The notes below the pieces were generated by a model, which saw nothing but the letters and a program-made list of their open reading frames with translations, did not search any database and was not told the origin of the DNA. From the NCBI RefSeq assembly GCF_018350175.1, contig NC_058383.1, positions 20,338,001 to 20,402,000 on the forward strand: a stretch of DNA of 64,000 nt, in the 5' to 3' direction. The stretch comes from Felis catus. Its lineage: Eukaryota. This document shows, piece by piece, positions 1 to 11,584 of this stretch. Every line of letters starts with the position of its first letter. Within the stretch, counting starts at the first letter, position 1. Made by a program: the position numbers and the translations under genes.

Positions 1-165
1 AGGATGTGGCTGGTTGCACAGGGAGTTCTGATACCAGTGCTGGAAATTTGTGTATCCTTTCCGTGCATTCTTTCGACCAGATTCAGTCTTATGGCCACGC
101 TCGCTTTGAGGAAGGCGAAGAAACGGAGAGCAACACAGGGATAGTTGGGAGAGACTGAATAATCC
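1..165. mobile_element. Degenerate MaLR (MLT1-like) LTR fragment
   Basis: 'atggccacgctcgctttgaggaaggcgaagaaac' resembles the MLT1 motif 'catggccacacctagctgcaagggaggctgggaaat'; highly diverged. Confidence 0.4.
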
Positions 166-1074
166 CTAACGCGCTATGATCTCAAATTTTAGACCATCGG
201 CCTACATATCCGTATACGTATCCGCTTATCATCGTTCTAACCGCCCACCCGTTCATCCAGCCATGCCTCCATTCACCCATTCATTTATGAAGTTGCATTT
301 AAGAAGAGATTGGAAGGAATGTGCGGATGTGAGAAAAGTGATCAGATACGGGCATAATGGGTGATTTTATCCCGCTTACCTTGTTCTGAATTTTCTGAAA
401 TTATTACATCGTAGGTGCACTTATATAATCAGAAAAGAAGATGTTCCATTTAATTTTAAAAAGAGCAAGCCAACACACTTCAGTAATCTCCGTGATTGAG
501 GGGGAGGCTGATTTGAATTAGCAACATCCTGAGTTATAGACTGTTTGCAAAAAGGATGTAGCTTTATTACATCTTGGACCTGCTTTAATGAATAGGTAGG
601 AATGATTTATAATTACCCTAGTAATTGTTTGTATCTAATTGAATACGTGTAACGTGCTTGGGAACTTTCTTCCGTGCTTCCTAGCATCAGCTCGATTTCT
701 CTGTTAGTATCGCGCATTCTTGAGTGGACAGAATCCACACTCGTGAGCTTTTATGGTAAACAAATCAAAATAAATGCTCGTGCTAATAGGAAAATGAAAC
801 GCTACACGATTAGGGGAGAGGCATTGACCAACAGCAGGTATTTACTGGTGTGTGCTAGAGATGGGCCCGGGAATGACAGAACTTTCATCACACAGGAATG
901 CAGAGAAGTATTTTTCTGTAGCCCACAGACACAAAGGGGTGAGACCCTAGACTCAAAGATACCGCCTACGTTCATTTCATCAATCCAGGAACACTTCCTG
1001 GAGGAGAGTGTGAATGCGTCTGACTCCCTCTTCTGTTTTATCTAAGAGCACATACTCTACAGCCTTCCCGCTCA

Positions 1075-1420
1075 ACATGCCTCCCGTCACCCCCGGACCT
1101 TTGCATATGCTCTCCACCGTGTTCTCCTTGAGCCTCTCTCTTCCTTTCTTTTCTCTACTTCGTTCCTACTAATACTTCTCAGAGCTCACCGCCTGCAAAT
1201 ACCCCATCACACACCATGGACCTCTGTTGCAGGCACTCATCACAAGAACAACCTGACAACTCGCTAGGTGGAATTTTGGTTCTTGCCAATTTCCCCGATT
1301 AGAGTTCCATGGTGACAGTGTAACTTATCGTTTTGTTCCTTATCGATCCAGGGTTAAACACTGGGCTTGGCACAGAACAGGCACTCCGCGAACGTGTGGC
1401 GAACTCAGGGATAAGTGAAG
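1075..1420 (+). mobile_element. L2 3' fragment
   Basis: 'ggacctttgcatatgct' ... 'cttggcacagaacaggcactc' match L2 3'-end hallmarks. Confidence 0.55.
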
Positions 1421-1742
1421 GATTCAGCGAGGAGTCTGTGGCACAGAGATGTTAAGTAACTCGCTCGAGGCCCTGCAGCTAGAAGGATCGTCCCGCCTCC
1501 TTAGACATTTGTATTGTGAAAATAGAGAAAATAATAAGTGGCAATTCATGTTAATAAATAATGTTAGCGATGCCTAATAAAGATAGCTACCATTTGTTTT
1601 CTCAGGCTCTGGGCCAAGTTGCTTTATTACATTATTTGATTCTCACAGAACTTCTGTGGTTGGTTTCATTATCCATATCTTACAGGTAGAAGTTTGGGGA
1701 GTTAACTAATTTGGGGGAGGGGCTTATAGACGTTGTGGTTTT

Positions 1743-2147
1743 TGTTTTATTTTTTTCTCGAGTGTGATTTATTGTCAAATTGGTTTCCACACAACACCCA
1801 GCGTTCATCCCAACAGGTGCCCTCCTCGATGCCCATCACCCACTTTCCCCTCTCCCCCCATCCCCCATCAACCCTCAGTTCTCGGTACTTACGAGTGTCT
1901 TATCGTCTGCCTCCCTCCCTCTCTGTAACTTTTTTTTTCTCCTTCCCTTCCCCCATGGTCTTCTGTTAAGTTTCTCAAGAGCCACATGAGCGAAAACATA
2001 TGGTATCTGTCTTTCTCTGCCTGACTTATTTCACTTAGCAAAATACCCTCCAGTTCCATCCACGTTGCTGCAAAAGGCCGTATTTCATTCTTTCTCATTG
2101 CCAAGTAGTATTCCATCGTATATATAAACCACATCTTCTTTATCCAT
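1743..2147 (-). mobile_element. 5'-truncated feline-type L1 (ORF2 end and 3' UTR)
   Basis: Minus-strand ORF MWFIYTMEYY...ATWMELEGILLSEISQAEKDRYHMFSL; T-rich tail; TSD a(c/t)gttgtggtttt at 1730-1742 and 2148-2160 with TT/AAAA site. Confidence 0.92.
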
Positions 2148-2173
2148 ATGTTGTGGTTTTAAATATGAAATAC

Positions 2174-2191
2174 TTTAAATGTTTATTTATT

Positions 2192-2242
<51 letters not shown>

Positions 2243-2403
2243 AGCGGGGGAGGGGCAGAGAGAGGAGACAAAGAATCCCAAGCAGGGTCCACAGCTGTCA
2301 GCACAGAGCCCGACACGGGGCTCGAACTCACGAACTGTGAGATCATGACCTGAGCTGAAACCAAGAGTCAGATGCTCAACAGACTGAGCCACCCAGGTGC
2401 CCC
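2174..2403 (-). mobile_element. SINEC (Can-SINE, tRNA-derived)
   Basis: Reverse complement of ggggcacctgggtggctcagtc head, (GA)n tract, tttatttatt tail; degenerate TSD tgaaata(c/t)tt. Confidence 0.95.
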
Positions 2404-2569
2404 TGAAATATTTCAAATTTGTGGGGAATAATGTGACAAGCCATGAGGTCAGACAACATTAACTGCAGAGCAAAGGCCCAAATTCAGGACTGCCTGACTG
2501 CAAACACCCACGTTTAACTGCTATGCCACCTTGTCTCCTAAAATTCAAATAAAAATTACAAGATACCCT

Positions 2570-2790
2570 ACAGAGAGGGGTCAGGAATGTGGCGATTATG
2601 GGAGGGCTCGAGGAGTGGAGACACAAGTCTGGGCTGCGGGAACCAGTGAATGTTTGGTGGGCAATTTGATATTGAAGTGGTCCATCTATGAACATGTGGA
2701 GATGAGCAGTGGCTGGCATTCCAGGCACAGGGAACAGCAGGAGCAAAGGCCTTACAGCAGTAAGCGCCAGGCATAGGGCTGGGGCCCCAA
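2570..2790 (-). mobile_element. L2 fragment
   Basis: 'ggcattccaggcacagggaacagcaggagcaaaggcc' is a typical antisense L2 motif. Confidence 0.55.
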
Positions 2791-2891
2791 GCGCAGTGGG
2801 GAGGCATATTTAGGTGCAAAACCGCGTGGCTTGCCCACCATGGCTTTAGCAGACAAGCAGCCATCAGCGGCCACCCAGAGGGTCAGGTGGC

Positions 2892-2975
2892 TCGGCGTGT
2901 TAGAGCGCAGGTGTGCGTTTGGCATGAAGAGCGTCGGCGTGTTAGAGCGCAGGTGCGCGTTTGGCATGAAGAGCG
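2892..2975. repeat. 42-bp tandem duplication (2 copies, 1 mismatch)
   Basis: tcggcgtgttagagcgcaggtg(t/c)gcgtttggcatgaagagcg at 2892-2933 and 2934-2975. Confidence 0.95.
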
Positions 2976-3033
2976 ATGCGTCTTGATGGAAAGAGGCAAG
3001 ATTCGTAGACAGGGACCCAGAAGAATCCATCTA

Positions 3034-3254
3034 GGGGTGTCTGGGTGGCTCCACCAATTGAACGTCGGACTCCTGATTTCGGCCCAGGCCATGATCTCGT
3101 GGTTTGTGGGACTGAGCCCCGCGTCAGACTCTGCCCTGGTGGCACAGATCCTGATTGGAATTCTCTCTCTCCTCATTTTCTGCGCCCCCCCTGTGCTTGT
3201 TCCCTCTCTCTCTCTCTCTTTTTCCCTCTCTCAAAATAAATAATTTTTTTAAAA
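3034..3254 (+). mobile_element. SINEC (older copy)
   Basis: ggggtgtctgggtggctc head, (CT)n, caaaataaataa tail. Confidence 0.92.
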
Positions 3255-3367
3255 AGCTAAACACCAGTAGAACAAAAAAAACCATATAAAAATGATTCCA
3301 AAATGGTTTAGGGAGCACTGTAACAAAACTTAGAAACCCCCCTCCAGCTTAAGAAATGAAATGCTAC

Positions 3368-3473
3368 ATGCTGGGTGTTGCACGGAAACCAATAAATTAT
3401 ATTAGATACAATTATAAATTGTAAAATAATACAATAAATTATATTAAAAACAATAAAAAAGAAATTTAAAAAA
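3368..3473 (+). mobile_element. Extremely 5'-truncated L1 3' terminus plus A-rich tail
   Basis: ctgggtgttgcacggaaaccaa matches the L1 end seen at 13155-13176; 17-bp TSD aagaaat(g/a)aaatgctac at 3351-3367 and 3474-3490. Confidence 0.75.
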
Positions 3474-3503
3474 AAGAAATAAAATGCTACCAACCCGCAG
3501 GTG

Positions 3504-3507
<4 letters not shown>

Positions 3508-3536
<29 letters not shown>
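3508..3536. repeat. (CA)n microsatellite
   Basis: Direct reading. Confidence 0.95.
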
Positions 3537-3538
<2 letters not shown>

Positions 3539-3829
3539 CAGGATCTCTGCAGCCTGAGACTTGTTTTCAGGACAGTCAAGTCAGAGTACAGAGGACCAGT
3601 GCACTGATCACCAGTGGAGACGCTCTGCTGGGTTATATACATCATGTTCCCTAGGCCGGCGAAGCTGCCACTGCCTGGAGTATCTGCGTGGGAATTCTGC
3701 ATGAGAAATCCAGTACCGGCCCTCTGCTACCTCATGGTGACATTTGTCCCATCTATCCACCTGTCATTGTCCAAAGCAGGTCACACAGCTCACCAAAGGG
3801 CAGGGCAGCCCAATCATTCCTTGGATCCG

Positions 3830-4045
3830 GAAAGTAGAAAGCCAGGCGTATTTGGGGGACCATCCTAACCATCATCAGCTGTGTGACCCTGAGCGAGTTT
3901 CTTAACTTCTCTGCACCTCTGTTTTCTCATCTTCAGAATGGAGGTAATTATACACCTGCCAAGTTGTTGTGAGAAATCGTGGAGGTACTCAGCACAGTGC
4001 GTAAGTCATAATACATGTTCAGTGAGCACCGGCTTTATCATAATT
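3830..4045 (+). mobile_element. MIR
   Basis: agctgtgtgaccctgagcgagtttcttaacttctctgcacctctgttttctcatct MIR core. Confidence 0.78.
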
Positions 4046-4328
4046 AAACATTAACCAGTTCCTATTACCTAAAGAGACTTGGTTCTCCTTTCCCCCCGTC
4101 TCAGCCAATACGATGGGATATGTGTCCCCAGAATCTGTATAGACTAAGTTCTCTCTCGTTAACCATCCACCTTCAGGATGTCAAAAAGTTATGTCCGGGA
4201 GTCTACGGCAATGTAAAGTTTCACTTTAGTGAATCCAGAAATGCAGCCACATGTTTTTGATGGGTCCTGTGTTGAAGCCAAGGGAAGAGAAGTGTGTGAT
4301 GTGGAGAGGTAAAAATTGGGCAGAGGCA

Positions 4329-4440
4329 GGTTGCCTGGGTGGCTCAGTTGGTTAAGCATCCGACTCTTGATCTCAGCTTAGGTCCCGATCTCAGGGTTGC
4401 GAGTTCAAGCCCTGCGCTGGGCATGGAGCCTACTTAAAAA
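4329..4440 (+). mobile_element. Short SINEC variant lacking the CT tract
   Basis: gcctgggtggctcagttggttaagcatccgactcttgat...ggagcctacttaaaaaaa; TSD aaaaattgggcagag(g/a)ca. Confidence 0.9.
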
Positions 4441-4814
4441 AAAATTGGGCAGAGACAAAGCATAGTGGGAGAAATAGGTCTGACAGGTGTATCTCCAAAG
4501 CTTGCTCAACACCAGGGACAGAGAGCAGGGAAGCTCACGACTCAGAAAGAGAACGACGAACAGGAGGCAGACGAACAGATGGGAGTTATTTTTAAAAAGA
4601 GGCAGCAAAAAAGTCGTGGGAGGAGAACGCTATAGACAAGAGCGATCTGTAGCTACAGGTTGGAATATGGTTTGGGAGGAAAAATAGGTCTGACTGGGTT
4701 GAGAACCTGGACCGTTATTCTGGGAAGAAAGAGGTGCTCTGCGATACTCAGAAAGCTGATCCCAGAAGCCCCTCCGATTTTCCACACCCCAAGCTCCAAG
4801 AATACGAACAGCAT

Positions 4815-5330
4815 TGTTTCAGTCAAGAACGGTTTTCAAGTGGCAGAAAACTAACGCTGAGCTGGTTTAAACACAAAGGAAGTTGTATTGCTTTACAGAA
4901 TTGCCAAGTGGAAGATCAGGTTCAATTTGAGGCAGAACCGAATCTGGGCGCTGAAGCAGTATCGTGTTATTGATTTCTCTGAGTTTTATTTTCTCGGTGT
5001 TGGTTTCGTTTTTCAAGCAAGTTCTTCCTTCCTTGTGCCAGACGGCGGCTAGCACTCTGGGCTTGTATCCTGTCTTCCCATCCTTCTTACTAAAGGGGGG
5101 CAACGCTGTCCCAGGTCCTGGGGCGAGAGTTCTTGGCTTTTCCCTGCCGGGTAGGCAAGCCCATTCTAGAACTGATCGCTGTGGCAAGGGGGATAAGATC
5201 CTCTGGTTGGCCAGACTTGGGTCACCTGGCTAACTGCGGCGCCCACGGAAGGAATCGGCTTCACTGGCAGTCCATGAAAGCCGAGGGTAGTTCTGTAAGG
5301 TGCTCGATTAAGGTTGCGGGCGTGGAAAGA
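4815..5330. mobile_element. Ancient MaLR LTR (MLT1K/L-like)
   Basis: caagtggcagaaaactaacgctgagctggtttaaacacaaaggaagttgtattg resembles the MLT1K/L terminal motif. Confidence 0.55.
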
Positions 5331-5404
5331 GGGGGCAGGCGAGCAAGAAACGTGAACGGTTTTTGTACCCTGCGGTGTTCATCAGCACCGCCATTACCAC
5401 CACC

Positions 5405-5513
5405 TTTTGAAAAAGTTATTTATTTAGTAGTCTCCATACCCAACGTGGGGCACGAACTCACACCCCTGAGATCAAGAGTCTCACTCTGAACTGACCGAGC
5501 CAGTCAGGCACCT
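5405..5513 (-). mobile_element. Short SINEC variant
   Basis: cccaacgtggggcacgaactcacacccctgagatcaagagtc...gagccagtcaggcacc. Confidence 0.8.
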
Positions 5514-6377
5514 GACCCCCTCTTTATAGTACCACTCCCCGCAGGCACGGATGATGTTCATCACGGACACTCATCTCCAGCCTGGCGGGAGTTCTAAGCC
5601 CCATCCTGTCTTGGGGCCACGATCTCCTTCAGTCTTACCAGTGGGCACTGGTTTCCCTGCCCAGCTCTTTGGTTTCCCAGAGGGACCCCAAGCCTTTCTT
5701 TGAATCCCAGAACACCAGCTGAGAGCTGAGAGCATGCGTATTCGCTTCTTGCTTTATGTTCCCTGATCTGTGCATCTTTCCCTAAGACATGGGCTTGAGT
5801 CTTGCTCTCTGTTAGAGAGATGACCCAGAATCAAGACACCGAGCCCTTGATGTTGACTGCCACCACCTGGGAGTGGAGCTTATGAGGCAAAACCCAATCC
5901 TATTCGGAGATGAGATTTAGAAATGCCCCTCAAAGTATGGGGACTTCCCTTTTCTGGTTGGATCGAACATAACACCATCGAAGCTATGCAGGATCTGGAG
6001 CGAAATAAAAAGCCTCTTACTTGGGACCATTGCTCCCCTACTAGTAATCAGTTTCTTCCTTTAGCTCTGCTCCCACAATGCAGGGGTAATATCCATTATA
6101 ACTCTTGAGTGCTTTGGGGTCAGTCTTTCTTATTCATTTGGTATCAGTTCTTGGGTGGTAGACAGATACCTAATAAAAGTGTGACGGATGAATGAGTGAC
6201 TTGTTTACGCAGATGAGCTGGAAAAAAAAACCACGGGGAAGTTATCAAATCAAAATAACTGATCATACATAGGAAGAAACTGTCAGCCAGAGCGGGCAAA
6301 CAACCCACACAAAAACACACGGGGGATTCAAAGCTACGTGGCGACTGAGGTGACCTAATTCTCAATCCGGAGCTGTT

Positions 6378-6409
6378 TGCAATACAAGTCTGTCCTACAG
6401 GGGGCACCC
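6378..6409 (+). promoter_or_regulatory. Candidate CTCF site with upstream module
   Basis: TGCAATACA-agtc-tgtCCTACAGGGGGCACC; core has two mismatches to CCASYAGRKGGCRS. Confidence 0.45.
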
Positions 6410-6984
6410 AATCTTAGCATTTCGCGACACGTACTGCATTCACTCTTTTCTGGTTCAGCCTTGTTATCCCTATTTTGCCGAGAAGGAAGCAGAGGGTCCA
6501 AAAAATGACTGCTTATGTGTGCTCCCAGCTCCGCGAATGCTTCGAGAACTGAACTCCAGCTGTTTCTGGCCCTCGTCCTGATGGGTAGAGACACGGCAAA
6601 GCATCTGGCCCCAGCCTGCCTGGTAGAACTCACACTCTTCCTGTGTCACTCCTTCCCCGAGGCAGAGAGCCCAGCAACCCGAAATTAGAAACTCTTCAGT
6701 ACAAACCAGTGTGGCTATGCCTGTAGCCTGCAAGCCTACTTCTTAGCCGCCAGAGAAGGAAGGCAGGGCTTTGGCGGTTCACACAACTGATTCTGACTCA
6801 GAGGCAGAAAGAGGCCCAGACATAGCTTCCCACAATCCCCAACCTGGGCCCCTTAGAGAGGGAAGAAGGAAGGGGGCAGACTGCAAAAAATAGATGGCTC
6901 TGTGCTGAAACTGTCCACGACGTGTCTTTACTTTCTTCCCTGGAAACCCAGTAACTAAGGCAGGCTATATTCACTCTTGATCAT

Positions 6985-7225
6985 AATTATAACATCTTAC
7001 ATATTACCTGCCATATGTGCATTATATATATTCTCACTTGATTCTCACGACAACCTCACAAGAAAAGTGCTATAATTATCCCCCCCTTTACTGACGAGGC
7101 GGGGGCGGGGGGAACGCGACATCATACTGTGGTTAAACAACGTGTCTAAAGATCCTCGTTTTGAAACTAGCAGAACACAGGTGAAGCCAGGCAGGCCGAC
7201 TCCAAAGTCCGTGTCTTGAGCCACT
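6985..7225 (-). mobile_element. MIR
   Basis: attctcacgacaacctcacaag...attatcccccctttactgacgagg...aggccgactccaaagtccgtgtcttgagccact. Confidence 0.65.
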
Positions 7226-7399
7226 GAATGGACGTGTCTCATGGGAAAATCAGAAGACTGGAGCTTACATCTTGTTTTGAGGTTTCTCTGCTTATTCAGC
7301 TTTGTGTAAGCACTAATTCCCTCATCTCTACAACGGACGCCTATTTGATGAGTAGATACGTTGTCCAATAAAGTTACGTACGTGGGTATGTGTTACGGA

Positions 7400-7670
7400 A
7401 TGTAATTTTTTAGAGAGGTGGCACCTGGTAGGTCTTGGGGTCAAGACCCAGCTCCATATCTCATCCCTCCCATGTAGTAATTCTCTGCCCATAGAAAAAT
7501 TATTGAAGCCCTGCGAACCCCTGACTTGAAATTAGACGCAAACATTTATCATCTGTTAAACAGGAATAATAATTGTTACTTATTAACGACGGTTGTGAGT
7601 ATTGAAGGAAAACCCTCGTGAAAACCTCTAGCACGGTTAAATCTCTTGTGGATAGTCAGCTCCCAGAGAT
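7400..7670 (+). mobile_element. MIR (diverged)
   Basis: atcatctgttaaacaggaataataattgttacttattaacgacggttgtgagtattgaa. Confidence 0.55.
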
Positions 7671-8086
7671 GCTGGTTCCCATTCTTTCCCCTTTGCCAAT
7701 TTATCGCCTGTCACTTCTTTAAATATTCAGGCTGATTCTCACTCTGAGGAGGCCCAAATCCAAGCTTCAAGCTGTCAGATGCAAACTGGGAGCTCAAAAC
7801 CCAAATGTGTAGGGAAGGTCCTTAGAAGAGAAGGACATTTTCAGAGTGCCGATGAACTCGGAGAGATAATGAGGGATTTCAGATTTTGAAGGGCACATAT
7901 ATAACGGAACCCATCATATATTTCTTAAGTCAGGAGCTGCTTAATACATGCAAAAGTTGAGTAAAGGAGAACTGGAGATAATTTACCTCGCTTTTGTTGC
8001 TTTTGAAAGCTCAGGGACTGCCTTAAAAGGTAGAAGTAGAGAATTCTGATATTAGGTCATCACTTGCAAGGCTAGCAGAGCTATGC

Positions 8087-8119
8087 TGCAGTTTCAATGC
8101 TTAACAGCAGGTGTCAGTG
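8087..8119 (+). promoter_or_regulatory. Candidate CTCF site with upstream module
   Basis: TGCAGTTTC-aatgc-ttaACAGCAGGTGTCAGTG; spacing of upstream TGCAG module to core fits the ZF9-11 arrangement; lies in non-repeat sequence. Confidence 0.6.
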
Positions 8120-8220
8120 TTGGCACGATGTCCTCTGTACCAATCGCTTGGTTCTGGAAAGCCAATTAATTGTCAATTTGCGTAAGTCAAGAAAACTTTT
8201 ATTTTAAAAATCGGAGACCT

Positions 8221-8430
8221 GGGGCACCTGAGTGGCTCAGTCAGTTGAGTGTCCGACTCTCGATTTCAGCTCAGGTCATGTTCCCAGGGTTGTGGGATCA
8301 AGCCCTGTACTGGGCTCCACACTGAACACACAGAGCCTGCTTTAAGATTTTCTCTCTCTCTCTCCCTCCCCCCCCCCCACTTGGGCTGTCTTTCTATTTA
8401 AAACTTTAAAAAATAATAAATAAAATAAAA
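8221..8430 (+). mobile_element. SINEC (older copy)
   Basis: ggggcacctgagtggctcagtcagttgag head, CT tract, A-rich tail; degenerate TSD aaaat(c/a)ggag(a/t)cct. Confidence 0.92.
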
Positions 8431-8706
8431 TAGGAGTCCTTATACTCTTCATCACGATCACGAGTGTAACAGGATCCTCAGAAATGGTTATTCTGATTGA
8501 GGGCTAAGAACACCTTCCCTGAATTCTCAAACCTTGGATACAGCCGCACCATGGAAAGTGAGCCCATTAGTATCTGCCCAAGAGAATGGTTGGAAAATAC
8601 AAGAGAGTATGATGGTGGAAGGAGAAAATGAAGGATCTTCAAAGAGGCCAATTCTACTACTTATTAGAATTAGAGTCAAGATTCATGCATACAAAAGTAC
8701 AAACAT

Positions 8707-8865
8707 CGGGGCTCAAGTCACGATCTCACAATTCATGAGTTTGAGCCCCACATCAGGCTCTGTGCTGAGAGCAAAGAGCCTACTTGAGATTCTCTGCTCC
8801 TCTCTCTCTCTGCCCCTCCTCTGCTTGCGTGCTTTCTCTCTCAAAATGAGTAAACCTTTTTTCAA
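8707..8865 (+). mobile_element. SINEC with truncated or deleted head
   Basis: ctcaagtcacgatctcacaattcatgagtttgagccccacatcaggctctgtgctga...ctctctcaaaatgagtaaac. Confidence 0.88.
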
Positions 8866-8984
8866 AGTGTAAATATCACATGGAAAAATGACACATACAC
8901 ACCAACACACGTATCTGTGTATATGAAATATGAAAAAGATTATTTCAATTCTATGAAAATGTACGCATACGATAGAAAACTTAG

Positions 8985-9212
8985 TATGGTGGTTAAGAGT
9001 GACCACTCTGGCTGAAATGTCTAGATTCAAACAGCATCATCACATGCCCGTTGACAGAACTTGTACACATGTATTAATATCTGTATGTAGCAGTTTCCTC
9101 ATCTATAAAATGCAGATAGTAATAGTATCTACCATGCAAATTTGAGGCTACGTGAAATACTAAACAAATTACCTGACATCCAGTGAGTATTCTTTAAATG
9201 TTAGCTATTATG
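8985..9212 (+). mobile_element. MIR, near full length
   Basis: gtggttaagagtg...cagtttcctcatctataaaatgcagatagtaatagtatctacc...aaatgttagctattat. Confidence 0.82.
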
Positions 9213-9699
9213 TTTGCATACCAGTATATGTCTCTTTTTGCAGAGGAAAGTCTGGAAAACTCTACATAAATATGTCTATTGACAATAGTCATCAGAATTT
9301 TTTGTTTGTTTTCCCATTACCTTTTGTGTTATCCAATCTTCTCAAGAAAATATTTGCTATTTGTATCATATAATTATTTAAGGGGGGGATAAAAAACTGG
9401 CCAAAATGTTGTGGGATTTTTTTTTTTGAAAAATGGTAACAAACTTAAGGAGATGAGCTCAAAAATGTGTCGTTTGTTCCATCTAGGCATTTATAACTTC
9501 TCCAAAGTTGAGGCTTCTGATGCATTTCAGACCCATCTCTGCAACAACGGGTCTCTTTCCTTCTTGACTCTCACCTATAGAACTTTTACTGAGATCAATT
9601 GTACGACTTAATGAGAGTCCCTAAAACAGGGGATCAAAAGTAAGCTTTGGAGTAATATGTTCAAATCAGAGCCTTCCACTCACCATATAATGTCACTTA

Positions 9700-10848
9700 G
9701 AGACAGACTGTGATAACACTGAAGAAACCAATGAAATAACAAACAAGTATAGATAATAAGCCAACAGAGGAGATAAAATGGAATCATACAAATTCAATTA
9801 ATCAAAAAGAAGGCATAAAGAGGTAAAAGGAAACAAGAACAAATGCAGTAAGTAGAAAACAATAGCAACATGACAGATTTAGGCACAACCATATCAACGA
9901 TCACATTAAATGTTTATGGCATAAATATCCCAGTTAAAAGGCAAAAGACTGCCAGATGAGACTTCAAAGGCAAGACCCAAGCATAATTTGCCTACAGAAA
10001 TACATTTCAAACATAAAAGAGTAGTGGAAAGAGATACACCATACAACCCAAAGAGAGCCAGAGTGGTTATATTCATGTTAAACAAACTAGATTTCACAGC
10101 AAAGAATATTACCAGGGAGAAAGAAGGCCATTTCCCAGTGATAAAAGAGTGAATTCTTAGAAAAAACATAATAATTCCAAACCTTTATGAACCTAACAAC
10201 TGAGCTTCAAAATACACGAAGCAAAACCCAGGAAAACTGAAAGTAGAAATGGGGAAAGCAAAAATTATAATCATAAAGTTTAATACCCTTCTCACAATGA
10301 TTGATAGAACAATTGGAGAGAAAATTAGGATGAATATAGAGGATGTGAACAACGTCAATTAACAAACTTGACCTAACTGACATTTATGGAACATTCCACC
10401 CACCACTGGCAAAATATACATTCTTTTCAAGGGCACGTGTAATATTTACTACAAAAAGCCACATTCTGGGTCATAAAGTAAATCTCAATAAATTTAAAAG
10501 GTCTCAGGTCATGTAAAGTATGTTTTCTGACCACAATGGAATTAAATGAGAAATCTGTAACTAAAAGATTTCTGGAAAATCCCCAAATATTTGAAAGCAA
10601 AATAGCATAATTTTCAGTAACACATTTATCAGAGATGAGCTCAAAAGGGAAATTACAAAATATTTTCAGGTAAAATAAAATGAAAATTCAATATATAAAA
10701 AATTGTGAGATACCACTAAAGCAGAAGTAAGGGAAAATTTTTATAGCATTATACGCTCAAATTAAGGGGAAAAAGTCTCAAATCAATGACCAGCTTCCAC
10801 TTGGAAAAATGAAAAAAAGACCAAGCCAATTAAATGTAAAGAAGAAAG
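9700..10848 (+). mobile_element. Old L1M-type element, ORF2 endonuclease region (part 1 of host element)
   Basis: tcacattaaatgtttatggcataaatatcccagttaaaaggcaaaagac (ORF2 N-terminus), ttttctgaccacaatggaattaaa (SDHN motif); decayed. Confidence 0.88.
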
Positions 10849-11584
10849 TGTAGATTGCTTTGGGTAGTATTGACATTTGAACAATATTTATTCTTCCAAC
10901 CCATGAGCACGGAATGTTTTTCCATTTCTTTGTATCTTTTTCAATTTCCTTCATAAGCTTTCTATAGTTTTCAGCATACAGATCTTTTACACCTTTGGTT
11001 AGGTTTATTCCTAGGTATTTTATGATTCTTGGTGCAATTGTGAAGGGGATCAGTCTCTTTATTTGTCTTTCTGTTGCTTCATTATTAGTGTATAAGAATG
11101 CAACTGATTTCTGTACATTGATTTTGTATCCTGCGACTTTGCTTTGTCAGTTGCAAAGTCAACTGACTTTGACTTCATGTGTCAGTTCTAGCAGACTTTT
11201 GGTGGAGTCTATGGGGTTTTCCATGTACAATATCATGTCATCTGCAAAAAGTGAAAGCTTAACTTCATCTTTGCCAATTTTGACGCCTTTGATTTCCTTT
11301 TGTTGTCTGATTGCTGATGCTGTTATGTTAAACAACATCAGTGAGAGTGGACATCCCTGTCGTGTTCCTGATCTCAGGGGGAAAGCTCTTAGTTTTTCCC
11401 CATTGAGGATGATATTAGCTGCGGGCTTTTCATGAATGGCTTTTATGGTGTTTAAGTATGTTCCTTCTATCCCGACTTTCTCGAGGGTTTTTATTAAGAA
11501 AGGATGCTGAATTTTGTCAAATGCTTTTTCTGCATCGATTGACAGGATCATATGGTTCTTATCTTTCCTTTTATTAATTGATGC
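10849..11584 (-). mobile_element. Young feline L1, inverted 5' segment (RT domain)
   Basis: Minus [20 protein letters not shown]...GTRQGCPLS...LFADDMILY = L1 reverse transcriptase motifs. Confidence 0.95.
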
